From: an uncultured Tangfeifania sp. | GTDB lineage: Bacteria; Bacteroidota; Bacteroidia; Bacteroidales; Prolixibacteraceae | Length of the DNA stretch: 64,000 bases | NCBI GenBank assembly: GCA_964506325.1 | Contig: CAZDLO010000005.1 | Span: forward strand, 19,002 to 83,001 | Reading direction: 5' to 3' | Shown: piece after piece, positions 17,545 to 26,867 of the stretch | Numbering within the stretch: the first letter of the stretch is position 1 | Layout of the letters: each line of letters starts with the position of its first letter | Notes under the pieces: model-generated | What the model was told of the DNA's origin: nothing | The model's database searches: none | What the model saw: the letters and a program-made list of their open reading frames with translations, nothing else | Position numbers and translations under genes: made by a program

Positions 17545-19689
17545 TTATTTTTGATTGTTTGCAGCAGGTGAAATATCTCTTCCCAGTTTGTGCATGTAGG
17601 CTATCATTGCGATCACTTCCCTGGTCGGTTTGATGTCAACACCTGCAAGTTTCAGTTCATCAGCAATCTTTTGGGCATCAGTCATGTAAGACTCGATGGC
17701 CTTGCTGTCGAAACCTTCCTCGTAAGGTACACCCAACATACGCATGGCTCTTATTTTTGCAGGAATAATTGCAATATTTGCCTCTTTTTCAAGCAGGAAC
17801 GGATAAGCTGGCATAATTGATCCGGGAACAACCACTGCTGGTTTGTTAAAATGGTTCAAATGCCAGATGGCAGTTTTGTAGGTTGAGCTGCCGATGTATC
17901 CGGCCCTTGCCAGATCCGGCCCTGTCCGTCTTGAACCCCACTGGAACGGATGGTCATAAACAAACTCCCCGATTTTTGAATATTCGCCATAGCGGTCAGT
18001 CTCAAACCTTAAAGGCCTTACCTGTTGCGAGTGACAATTGTAGCACCCATTGGCAATATAAATGTCCCTGCCGGCCAGTTCAAGCGGAGTATATGGAGTA
18101 ACTGTCGAGATAGTCGGAATATTGGACTGAACTTTCATCATCGGGATAATTTCAACGATACCACCGATTATCAATGCAAGAAACATTAAAAGCGCCAGGC
18201 GGACACCTTTTCTTTCGAGCCAGCGGTGAGGAGTCTCGCCACTTTGTTCCCTTGTTTCGTCATTTACAAGTCCGGCAGCTTCGGCAGCTTCATTGGCAAC
18301 GATCTTACCTGCAGCCATTGTCTTCAACATGTTGTAAAGGAAGATGATAAAACCTGCCAGGAATAACAACCCGCCGATAATTCTGATGTGGTACATGGGA
18401 AGGATACGGATGGTTGTTTCCATGAAAATCGGATAGGCCAATAGTCCGTCCACTGTATATTCCCGCAGCATCAGCCATTGGGTAATGCCCGACCAGTAAA
18501 GGGGAATAGCGAACAGGAGGATGCCCAGCGTTGCAATCCAGAAGTGGGTATTGGCGAGTTTTTTGGAATGAAGAGGAGTCCTGAAAAGTTTTGGGACCAG
18601 CCAGTAGAACATACCAAAAATCAGTCCGCCGTTCCAGCCCATACCTCCGATGTGCGTATGGGCGATTGTCCAGTCGGTAAAGTGACTGATGGCATTCACA
18701 CTTTTGAGGGACATCATTGGCCCTTCGAAAGTCGACATACCATACGCCGTAATGGCGATCACCATAAATTTTAGTCCAGGATCTTCCCTTACTTTGTCCC
18801 ACGCCCCGCGAAGTGTCAGAAGCCCGTTGACCATTCCTCCCCAGGAGGGTGCAATTAGCATTATTGAGAAGGTTACACCCAATGCCTGAACCCAGTCGGG
18901 CAAGGAGCTATAAAGCAGGTGATGAGGACCGGCCCACATGTACAAAAATATCAGAGACCAGAAATGGATAATTGAAAGTTGATAGGAGTATATCGGCCGG
19001 CCGGAAGCTTTCGGCAGGTAATAATACATCAGTCCAAGGAATGGGGTTGTCAGAAAGAAGGCAACAGCATTGTGCCCATACCACCATTGTACCACTGCGT
19101 CCTGGGCCCCAGCGTAAATCGGATAGCTTTTAAGTAATGATACCGGAAGTTCTATTGAATTTACGACATGCAGAATTGTAACACCAATAAATGTTGCCAG
19201 GTACCACCATACGGCTGCGTAGATATGCTTTTCCCGACGCTTGATAACAGTTCCGATCATATTGGCACCGAAACTGAGCCATGCAACTGCAATCAGCAGG
19301 TCAATGGGCCACTCAAGTTCTGCATATTCCTTTCCGGTAGTAAAACCGGACAGAAGGGTTACAGCTGCAAGTACGATGATAATTTGCCAAACCCAGAAAT
19401 GAATTCTGCCGAGCAAATCATTGAAAAGCCTGGCTTTCAAAACTCTTTGCAAAGAGTAGTAAACCCCGGCATACATCGCGTTGCCAATAAATGCAAAAAT
19501 CACCGCATTGGTGTGAACAGGCCGGATGCGGCCAAAAGAGGTAAATTCCAATCCGAAATTAAGTGCCGGAAAGGCTAACTGTAATGCAGCTACCAATCCC
19601 ACCAGCAAAGCCACTGTTCCCCATACAAGTGTGGCGAGGATGAAATTTTTTACAAGCGCATTGTCATAATTGAATTTTTGAATCTCCAT
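17545..19689 (-). CDS. ccoN: Fused cbb3-type cytochrome c oxidase subunits I and II (CcoN-CcoO)
   Basis: A polytopic haem-copper oxidase core of about 470 aa (WWYGHNAVAFF, WAGPHHL, IAHTHIGGMGW) continues in frame into a CcoO-like domain with a TM anchor and the haem-c site CYNCHSQQVRP. Confidence 0.95.
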   Translation of the reverse strand: MEIQKFNYDNALVKNFILATLVWGTVALLVGLVAALQLAFPALNFGLEFTSFGRIRPVHTNAVIFAFIGNAMYAGVYYSLQRVLKARLFNDLLGRIHFWVWQIIIVLAAVTLLSGFTTGKEYAELEWPIDLLIAVAWLSFGANMIGTVIKRREKHIYAAVWWYLATFIGVTILHVVNSIELPVSLLKSYPIYAGAQDAVVQWWYGHNAVAFFLTTPFLGLMYYYLPKASGRPIYSYQLSIIHFWSLIFLYMWAGPHHLLYSSLPDWVQALGVTFSIMLIAPSWGGMVNGLLTLRGAWDKVREDPGLKFMVIAITAYGMSTFEGPMMSLKSVNAISHFTDWTIAHTHIGGMGWNGGLIFGMFYWLVPKLFRTPLHSKKLANTHFWIATLGILLFAIPLYWSGITQWLMLREYTVDGLLAYPIFMETTIRILPMYHIRIIGGLLFLAGFIIFLYNMLKTMAAGKIVANEAAEAAGLVNDETREQSGETPHRWLERKGVRLALLMFLALIIGGIVEIIPMMKVQSNIPTISTVTPYTPLELAGRDIYIANGCYNCHSQQVRPLRFETDRYGEYSKIGEFVYDHPFQWGSRRTGPDLARAGYIGSSTYKTAIWHLNHFNKPAVVVPGSIMPAYPFLLEKEANIAIIPAKIRAMRMLGVPYEEGFDSKAIESYMTDAQKIADELKLAGVDIKPTREVIAMIAYMHKLGRDISPAANNQK

Positions 19690-19795
19690 AAGTTAGTAAG
19701 AAAATGAATAAATTAGTGATAAGACTATTTTGGTTATTATATTTCAAACAAAATCTCAAGATGAAAGCGACCTGTACTGAACCAATAAACCATTT

Positions 19796-19954
19796 CTATT
19801 TATCTTCAACTTCCAGTTCCTCTTCAAAAAGGATTCGGACAGAAGGGGTGTAATTATCGTCATACTGACCAGATTTTACGGCCCAGATGAAGAGTGTTAA
19901 AAATATCAGTGCTGCAAACAGACTAACTCCTATCAACACAAAAAGGATATTCAT
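19796..19954 (-). CDS. ccoS: cbb3 oxidase maturation protein CcoS
   Basis: MNILFVLIGVSLFAALIFLTLFIWAVKSGQYDD matches the CcoS/FixS pattern of one TM helix followed by WA.KSGQYDD. The start is placed at the ATG at 19954. Confidence 0.85.
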   Translation of the reverse strand: MNILFVLIGVSLFAALIFLTLFIWAVKSGQYDDNYTPSVRILFEEELEVEDK

Positions 19955-20084
19955 AACAGTAATGGTTAGTTCGAACGACTGAAACACAAGGTAGGGGACT
20001 AAATAATTCTTCCGTTTTGTTCCTCCTGAGATGCAGCCGTTCCAATTGTAATTTGGCTAAGAAATGATAAAATTATCAGGTGAT

Positions 20085-20092
20085 CAAAACTA
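20085..20092 (-). promoter_or_regulatory. Candidate -7 box (TAGTTTTG) for the cco operon
   Basis: The minus strand reads TAGTTTTG, matching TAnnTTTG, about 130 nt upstream of the ccoS ATG. It is followed immediately by the inverted repeat TGATAA-N2-TTATCA at 20065-20078. Confidence 0.3.
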
Positions 20093-20213
20093 TACATTTT
20101 TTTATAATTTCATTCCATATTTGATTCTGTCAGGGATGCTATACCCATGTTGCAGTGTGTAGGTATTCCGTTTTCAGGTATAAAGTGTAATTATCAGATA
20201 TTTAATACTATAA

Positions 20214-22982
20214 ATGAAAAATTTAAGATTATTACTGCTTCTTTTTATGGTAATACCAGGGTATTTTAAAGGGTATTCCATTAATTTAGAATCGTTACAA
20301 ATTTCAAAAATCAGCTATGATTTCGCTGAAATGCCCGGACAGGGGGCAAAAATGATACCCAGATTCAGCTGGATTGGTGTTTCAGGGCACAGGGGGGCCA
20401 TCCAAAAGGCATACCAGGTTGAAGTTGGTTCAACTTCTGAAAATTCAGCTGATTTCAATGCCGACATGTGGAATTCAGGCAAAGTATATTCCGGCAATAC
20501 GCTCCAGGTTCCCTATTCAGGAAAACTGCTGGTAAGCAATAAAAGCTACTTCTATCGTATCACAATCTGGGATGGGGCGGGAAACAAATGCACAAGTCTC
20601 ATTGATCGGTTCAGAACAGCCATTCAGGACAATAATGAATGGCAGGCAAAATGGATTGGAGCAGGGCAGCTTCATGATCCCCTACCACCGAAGGGTTTCT
20701 TTTCAGGGGCAAAGGATGAAGGAAACTATGGTGATTCTGTAATTCACGACGGACGTTCCATGCTGTTGAGGCACAACTTTCAGGTTACGCGAAATGTCCG
20801 TAATGCCAGCGTCTCTGTAACCGGTCTCGGTCTTTATGAATTTTTCATCAATGGAGAGAAGGTTTGTGACCATCAGTTGTCTCCTGCCAAGACTCCGTAT
20901 CACAAAGAGATATTGTACGATTCATTTGATGTGACCCGGTTGCTTTCACCCGGAGCCATTGTTTTGGCCCTGCATCTGGGGAATGGATGGTACAATCCCT
21001 ATAAAAAATGGTGGCAGGAATACAGGATGCAATGGTTTGGACACAAAAAGGCCATTTTGCAGTTGCGCATTGAATATATGGATGGTACTATTGAGACTGT
21101 CTTGACAGACCGAAGCTGGAAGACATCCCCCGGACCATCGTTGTACAACTGTATTTATGACGGAGAGCTTTATGATGCCTTGAAGGAGCCTTCTGGCTGG
21201 ATGAAGCCGGGTTTTGATGACACTTCATGGAAATTTGCGACAGAGGCTGAAGCGCCCCGGGGAGCGTTAATGGCCGCCAATATGCCACCTGTCAGAATTG
21301 TACAAAAGTTTGATCCGGTAAAAGTCACTAAAACCTCGCCCGGTAGTACTGTCTATGATTTTGGACAGAATTTTGCCGGATGGACCAGGGTTTTGCTAAA
21401 GGGGAAAAGAGGTTCAAAAATTAGTATCAGGTATTCAGAGGAACTGGATTCAGCCGGAAACCTGGATCTTACATGCAACGAAAATGCGCGGGCAACTGCC
21501 GAATATATTTTAAAAGGGGAGGGGACTGAGGTGTATGAACCTCATTTTACCTATTTCGGATTCCAGTTTGCAGAACTTGTGTCAGATTCGCCCGGGACAG
21601 AAATTATTAAAGTAGAGGGCTGTGTGGTTCATTCTGATAATCTGCCGAAAGGATCTTTTAACTGTGACAATGAATTGGTCAATAAGATTCACAGGGCGAC
21701 TTTATGGTCGCAGAAAAGCAACATGCTGGGCTACCCTATGGATTGCCCGCAGCGTGATGAACGGCTCGGATGGATGGGTGATGCACAGGTAACCGCTGAA
21801 GAGGCAATGTTCAATTTCGATATGGCAAGGTTTTACAGGAACTGGTTCAGCGGTATTCGTGCGAACCAGGATCCGGCCACCGGGGATATACCGATTATTT
21901 CTCCCCGTCCCTACATCCGGGATGAAGGTGTCGAATGGAGCAGTACTTACCTTACAATGATCTGGGACCATTACCGTTATTACGGAGACAAGCAACTTAT
22001 CGATAGCCATTATGAGGCTATGGCCAAATATTTTCGATTCCTGACCGGTCACGCATCGGGCTTCATTCAGCCCAAAGGCTGGATTGGTGACTGGGGGAGC
22101 CGGGCGAGGAACTGGAAGGAGGGCGATCCTGAATCTGTTCCGACAGCCTATTATTACCTGGATGCGATTCTGCTTGCAAAAATGGCCGGGGTTACAGGAA
22201 GAACCTCTGATTCAGTCTATTTTGCAGGTATGGCAGATAAAATAAAAGAGGCCTACAACAAAAATTTCTTTCACCCCGAACACAATGCTTACCATGATGG
22301 CAGCCAGATGGCCAATGCTTTTCCCCTTTACCTGGACCTGGTTCCACTACAAAAAAGGAATTCAGTGCTAAACTCCCTGGTGAACCAAATCCTTGTGGCC
22401 GATTCGGGCCATCTCACAACGGGTGTGCTCGGGACCAAATATCTTCCGGAAGTACTAACCGAAAATGGCAGGGCCGACATAGCCTGGATGCTGGTCAATC
22501 AGAAGGGATATCCGAGTTGGTCTCAGATGATGGAGAAGTACAATACCATGTGTGAGTTCTGGACGCTCAAACAGTCGCACAACCACGTTATGATGGGAAG
22601 TATTGACAGCTGGTTTTATGAGGCTCTTGCAGGGGTCCGTTTACTGGAGAGCTACCCTGCTTATGGCAGAACTATCCTCAAACCCTATCTTCCTGATAAC
22701 CTGAACCGTGTGGACTGCACGCTTCAGACAGTAAGGGGAGAGGTTAAATCCAGCTGGGAGAAAGATGGGTCAAACCTCAGGATGATTGTGGAGATTCCAT
22801 TCAATTGTCAGTCAGAAGTATGGATACCAGGCAAAAGCGGATCTGTCATCACTGAATCCGGAAAGCCTGTCGATGGAGCAACAGGAATCACCTTCGTAAA
22901 GAGAGAAGGTGATTTCAGCATTTACAAAATTGGATCAGGGAACTACCGTTTTGAAGTCAGAGAGACCGCTGGAAAATTCTGA
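20214..22982 (+). CDS. Alpha-L-rhamnosidase, glycoside hydrolase family 78
   Basis: Has a signal peptide. The catalytic-domain signature YPMDCPQRDERLGWMGDAQV is present, and the 922-aa length is typical of Bac_rhamnosid proteins. Confidence 0.9.
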   Translation: MKNLRLLLLLFMVIPGYFKGYSINLESLQISKISYDFAEMPGQGAKMIPRFSWIGVSGHRGAIQKAYQVEVGSTSENSADFNADMWNSGKVYSGNTLQVPYSGKLLVSNKSYFYRITIWDGAGNKCTSLIDRFRTAIQDNNEWQAKWIGAGQLHDPLPPKGFFSGAKDEGNYGDSVIHDGRSMLLRHNFQVTRNVRNASVSVTGLGLYEFFINGEKVCDHQLSPAKTPYHKEILYDSFDVTRLLSPGAIVLALHLGNGWYNPYKKWWQEYRMQWFGHKKAILQLRIEYMDGTIETVLTDRSWKTSPGPSLYNCIYDGELYDALKEPSGWMKPGFDDTSWKFATEAEAPRGALMAANMPPVRIVQKFDPVKVTKTSPGSTVYDFGQNFAGWTRVLLKGKRGSKISIRYSEELDSAGNLDLTCNENARATAEYILKGEGTEVYEPHFTYFGFQFAELVSDSPGTEIIKVEGCVVHSDNLPKGSFNCDNELVNKIHRATLWSQKSNMLGYPMDCPQRDERLGWMGDAQVTAEEAMFNFDMARFYRNWFSGIRANQDPATGDIPIISPRPYIRDEGVEWSSTYLTMIWDHYRYYGDKQLIDSHYEAMAKYFRFLTGHASGFIQPKGWIGDWGSRARNWKEGDPESVPTAYYYLDAILLAKMAGVTGRTSDSVYFAGMADKIKEAYNKNFFHPEHNAYHDGSQMANAFPLYLDLVPLQKRNSVLNSLVNQILVADSGHLTTGVLGTKYLPEVLTENGRADIAWMLVNQKGYPSWSQMMEKYNTMCEFWTLKQSHNHVMMGSIDSWFYEALAGVRLLESYPAYGRTILKPYLPDNLNRVDCTLQTVRGEVKSSWEKDGSNLRMIVEIPFNCQSEVWIPGKSGSVITESGKPVDGATGITFVKREGDFSIYKIGSGNYRFEVRETAGKF

Positions 22983-24081
22983 ACCTCTTGTATACCTTTC
23001 CTCCGAATTTTTCCATCTCGGCCCTGACCTTTGTGTTGTATTCGAGTTCGAGGTGAGAATCCATCACAATTTTACCGGTTTCCTTGGCAGATTTCACTAA
23101 TTGGAGACCCATCCATACGTCCAGTCCGCGTCCCTGGTAACGCGGGTCGATGGCCCCCAATAGCAGGTTAATCTGTTTGGTCTTGCGGGCAGCCGCAAAA
23201 ATTTTGAAAATGCCGAACGGGAAAAGGTATCCTTTGGATTTCTTGATGCCTTCACTGATGTCAGCCATACCAATAATCATGGCAATGATTTCATTTTTTT
23301 CATTGACAATCAGCTTGATATACCTCGGATTGATCAGGAAAAGGTATTTGTTGGCAAAATCGTCCATCTCCTTTTCATTGAAAGGAACAAAACCATAAAT
23401 TTCCCCGAAGGTGTTGTTAACCAGCGTAAGAACCGGCCTGATAAGCGGTTTGATTTTGCGCCTGGAGGTGAACTGAAGCAGTTTTAAGTTAGAGTTTCTT
23501 TCTTCTGTCCGTTGCAGAATTTTTTGATGTAGCTCAGGGATTTGTTCAGGAATAGGGACATTGTAGACGACCAGGTCAACCTTTTTTGAAAAACCTGCTG
23601 CTTCAGTTAGACCGACCATATAAGGGAAATTGCAGTTGGAGGCAATAACCACTGGTTTGTCATACCCATCTATCAGAAATCCCTGCGGGTCTTTGTCGGA
23701 AAATGCCAATGGTCCTACAAGGGTGTCCATCCCAAGTGATTTTCCCCATTTTGCAACATGGTTCACTAGTGCGTCAAAGACTTCCTGGTCATTGTATGTT
23801 TCGAGGTTGGAAAACCGTACATGGTCTTCATTGTGCGACTTGTTATACTCTTTGCTGATTAGTCCCATGCACCTGCCAACGCATTTGTCATCCTTGAAAG
23901 CCAGCAACAAGATGTGTTCACAATGTTCGAACAATCCATTTTTCTTCGGATCGAAATAAGTCCATTCATCCATATATAGTGGTGGCACCCAGTTTTTATG
24001 GTCTTTGTGGATTTCTGCAGGAAGATGGATAAAAAGACGAAGGTCTTTCTTGTTTTCTACTTTTCTGATAGTTATGGTCAT
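22957..24081 (-). CDS. Uncharacterised acyltransferase-like protein (probable GNAT fold)
   Basis: The N-terminal block IRKVENKKDLRLFIHLPAEIHKDHKNWVPPLYMDEWTYFDPKKN and the C-terminal block AIDPRYQGRGLDVWM resemble a conserved bacterial GNAT-like family of unknown function. The family call is from memory only. Confidence 0.55.
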   Translation of the reverse strand: MTITIRKVENKKDLRLFIHLPAEIHKDHKNWVPPLYMDEWTYFDPKKNGLFEHCEHILLLAFKDDKCVGRCMGLISKEYNKSHNEDHVRFSNLETYNDQEVFDALVNHVAKWGKSLGMDTLVGPLAFSDKDPQGFLIDGYDKPVVIASNCNFPYMVGLTEAAGFSKKVDLVVYNVPIPEQIPELHQKILQRTEERNSNLKLLQFTSRRKIKPLIRPVLTLVNNTFGEIYGFVPFNEKEMDDFANKYLFLINPRYIKLIVNEKNEIIAMIIGMADISEGIKKSKGYLFPFGIFKIFAAARKTKQINLLLGAIDPRYQGRGLDVWMGLQLVKSAKETGKIVMDSHLELEYNTKVRAEMEKFGGKVYKRFRIFQRSL

Positions 24082-24210
24082 GCGACAAAAATAAAAAAGA
24101 TTTTAACAAATGCACAAATTACAATAGTCAGGCTGATTGATCGGATAGGATAGTAGTAGTGTTGTAGTTCTTAAATGGGTGTTTATTGGGGTATTGCAGA
24201 AATTTAATCC

Positions 24211-24759
24211 TTAATGTCTCCTTTTTATTTTATTGAAGATGTCCCATAAAACGATACCAACGCTCACTGAAATATTGAAGGAATGTTTGGTGCCAAATTG
24301 TGGAATCTCGAGAGCCAGGTCGCATTGATCGACAACCTCCTGTTGCACTCCTTTGACTTCATTGCCAAAGACCAGGGCCAGCCTGGTGTGATCCAAAGGA
24401 TAATATTTGTCGAGTCCGATGCTGTTTTCAACCTGTTCGACGGCGATAACAGTGTATCCGTTTGCTTTTAATTTGGCGGTGACTTCGAGTGCGGAGCTGT
24501 TATATTCCCATGAGACTGTATTTTCGGCCCCAAGGGCGGTTTTGCGTATTTCCTTATCTGGAGGTGTGGATGTTATCCCGCACAGGTATATTTTTTCTAC
24601 AAGCAGCGCGTCAGAAGTACGGAATACTGAGCCAATGTTGTGGCAGCTGCGGATATTGTCAAGAACAATTACAACAGGTATTTTGTCAAGAGAGTTAAAC
24701 TCCTCGGCACTGGGTCTGGCGAGTTCGTTGTTTTCCAGTTTTCTCATCCTGCTTACCAT
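24211..24759 (-). CDS. TrmH/SpoU-family RNA 2'-O-methyltransferase
   Basis: SpoU motifs are present: NIRSCHNIGSVFRTSDA, LVFGNEVKGV, IPQFGTKHSFNISVSVGIVLW. An alternative start is MRKLENN at 24747. Confidence 0.85.
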   Translation of the reverse strand: MVSRMRKLENNELARPSAEEFNSLDKIPVVIVLDNIRSCHNIGSVFRTSDALLVEKIYLCGITSTPPDKEIRKTALGAENTVSWEYNSSALEVTAKLKANGYTVIAVEQVENSIGLDKYYPLDHTRLALVFGNEVKGVQQEVVDQCDLALEIPQFGTKHSFNISVSVGIVLWDIFNKIKRRH

Positions 24760-26024
24760 TCAACATTTTTTCTTTTTACAGGCATTGTCATACACCTGGC
24801 TCCACCTCCGCCCCTTGCAAGTTCCGATCCGGCAATGGTGACGACAGCCCTGTTATAATCCATCAGGTTCACCTTGTTTTCTATCACGTCCATGGCTTTT
24901 AATATTTCAAAACCATTCCTGTTCATCTCTTCCAGGGTCTTTTCATTTCGTTCGTAACCTATTACTTTTCCTGGAGCTATGGCAAAGAAGTTGGCGCCAC
25001 TGTGCCACTGTTCCCTCTCCATAATCCAGGGGTCTCCGTGCCCGCCACAGTTGATTGGGGCTAATTCCATCCCACAGCGTTCAAGTGCTTTCAACAGGCT
25101 TGTTTCCTCCCTGATAGAGGTAACCTTGCCATTGTCAATGGTTATTTTGATCGTGTGGTATTTTGTCTTCTTTAAAATAAGTGGTTCATAGACCATACAG
25201 GCATTCTTGTCCAGGAGGGTAAAAGTCATGTCGAGGTGAATAAATGACTCGGGTGTTTTCGGCAATTCCTGCACAATCAGGTGTTTGGTGCCTGTTTTTT
25301 TCTCTTTGATTATTTCAGTCAGCAAATCAATTCCTTCTGTTGAAGTCCTGGCACCGCTGCCGACGAGGATAATATTTTCATTGGCAATTTCTACATCTCC
25401 GCCCTCAATTGTGGCGTTCCGGAAAATATTTCTGCCGCCGGCGACGCGTTCAGGATTGATGGTATTAACTTCCATGGATGGGTGATCCCTGAAGATGGTC
25501 TCCATAATCAACGTCTCCCTCTCCCTGACTTTGCTGGCCATTTTACCGATCAATACATCATTCCAGATGGCTATGGCAGAATCACGGGTAAAGAGAAAAT
25601 TGTGCAGTGGCCGCATGGAATACCGCTCATTGCTCAGAAACTTGGTAAGGTTGTCCCGTTTGAGCACAACACCCTCAATAAGCTGTTTGGCAAGGATATC
25701 CGGCTGCATTGCCAGAAGCAGATCCATCTCATCATGGGCAGCCTCATGGTCGCAGATATTCCTGATAAGCGCCTCCTTCGAACGGTCATTTCGAAGGGTT
25801 TCAGTTAACAACTGACTGACTTCATAGGTCTTGGTCACTTTGTTCAAAACCTCTTTCAGTTCCATATACTCCCTGGAAGCAACTGAAAGGTTCAGAATAT
25901 CGCTGTAAAGAGCTCTTTCGGCATTTTCCGGGGTCATATTTTCAACTTCCGGTCCCGGACCGTGAAGGATAACTCCTTCCAGTTCCCCAATTTCGGAGGT
26001 TACATTCACATTTAATTTGTCCAT
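24753..26024 (-). CDS. Arginine deiminase family protein (ArcA-like)
   Basis: The N-terminus is VTSEIGELEGVILHGPGPEVENMTP. The C-terminal catalytic-Cys block is ELARGGGGARCMTMPVKR. The start is placed at MDKLNV (26024). Confidence 0.8.
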   Translation of the reverse strand: MDKLNVNVTSEIGELEGVILHGPGPEVENMTPENAERALYSDILNLSVASREYMELKEVLNKVTKTYEVSQLLTETLRNDRSKEALIRNICDHEAAHDEMDLLLAMQPDILAKQLIEGVVLKRDNLTKFLSNERYSMRPLHNFLFTRDSAIAIWNDVLIGKMASKVRERETLIMETIFRDHPSMEVNTINPERVAGGRNIFRNATIEGGDVEIANENIILVGSGARTSTEGIDLLTEIIKEKKTGTKHLIVQELPKTPESFIHLDMTFTLLDKNACMVYEPLILKKTKYHTIKITIDNGKVTSIREETSLLKALERCGMELAPINCGGHGDPWIMEREQWHSGANFFAIAPGKVIGYERNEKTLEEMNRNGFEILKAMDVIENKVNLMDYNRAVVTIAGSELARGGGGARCMTMPVKRKNVEW

Positions 26025-26237
26025 AAGAAAAGGCAGATGTTGGGTTGAATTTAAATGCAAGTTATATTATAAGAATTTAAAAATCAACTATATATGTTGT
26101 TTGGTTTATGTTACCGTAGTCTATATTCTTCTTTCGATGTTTCTTTTCATGCAAAGATATTTAATATTAGGCAGGTAAAGAATGTTAAACAACCTTTATT
26201 AGCCATGCAAAAATTGTCATATCGCAGTTTCCTTTAT

Positions 26238-26245
26238 TAAATTTG
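26238..26245 (+). promoter_or_regulatory. Candidate -7 box (TAAATTTG)
   Basis: Matches TAnnTTTG and lies 18 nt upstream of the ATG at 26264. It overlaps the TTG used as the start in the ORF track, which argues against that start. Confidence 0.35.
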
Positions 26246-26263
26246 CACCAAATGACAGGCACG

Positions 26264-26857
26264 ATGGTCAAGAAATGGCACTTCATATTATTTCTGATGA
26301 TCTTTCCTTTACTGGCGGTCTCCCAGGTAAAGAACACCGGGAAAGCGGAACTGAAAGACTCTGTTTTGGTTCCGGCGGATTCAACATTGCACTTTGACAT
26401 GAAGCCCGTCTATATTTTTCCGGATAAGAAAGATATGTCACCCAGGAAATTGCGTCAATTGACAAGCCTTGAAATGAAGGTTAAAAAAGTTTATCCCATT
26501 GCGAAGGTTGCTGCTGTCAAGCTGGCGGAGTACAACCGGGTCTATACATCATTCAAGACAAACAGGGAACGGAAGGATTATGTGAAAGGCGTTGAAAAGC
26601 AATTGTTTGCAGAATTTGAGGATGACCTCCGAAAGATGAAGGTGTCTGAAGGGCGTATTTTGATCAAACTCCTGGACCGGGAAACAGGCGACTCTTCCTT
26701 CGAAATCATCAAGGAGTTCAAGGGCGGGTTTTCTGCTTTTTTCTGGCAGTCTGTGGCACGGTTATTTGGCCATGATCTCAAAGCAGAATACGACCCGGTT
26801 AATGAAGACCGTATGATTGAATATATAATTTCAGAGATTGATTTTGGCCTGATATGA
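26264..26857 (+). CDS. DUF4294-family secreted protein
   Basis: Signal peptide MVKKWHFILFLMIFPLLAVSQ. Conserved blocks KVKKVYPIAK and SEGRILIKLLDRETGDSSFEIIKEFKGGFSAFFWQSVARLFGHDLK are present. The start could also be at 26252. Confidence 0.7.
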   Translation: MVKKWHFILFLMIFPLLAVSQVKNTGKAELKDSVLVPADSTLHFDMKPVYIFPDKKDMSPRKLRQLTSLEMKVKKVYPIAKVAAVKLAEYNRVYTSFKTNRERKDYVKGVEKQLFAEFEDDLRKMKVSEGRILIKLLDRETGDSSFEIIKEFKGGFSAFFWQSVARLFGHDLKAEYDPVNEDRMIEYIISEIDFGLI

Positions 26858-26867
26858 ATCAGAGGTG

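Noticed and set aside
18305-18802. 165-aa same-strand alternative-frame ORF inside ccoNO
   Set aside because: It is out of frame within the haem-copper oxidase core. The Arg/Pro/Gly-rich sequence is inconsistent with local coding statistics.
20041-20100. FNR/Crp box (TTGAT-N4-ATCAA) upstream of the cco operon
   Set aside because: The minus strand reads TTGATCACCTGATAA. Only the first half-site matches and the second half (TGATA) does not. I kept only the weaker TGATAA-N2-TTATCA dyad, as a low-interest finding.
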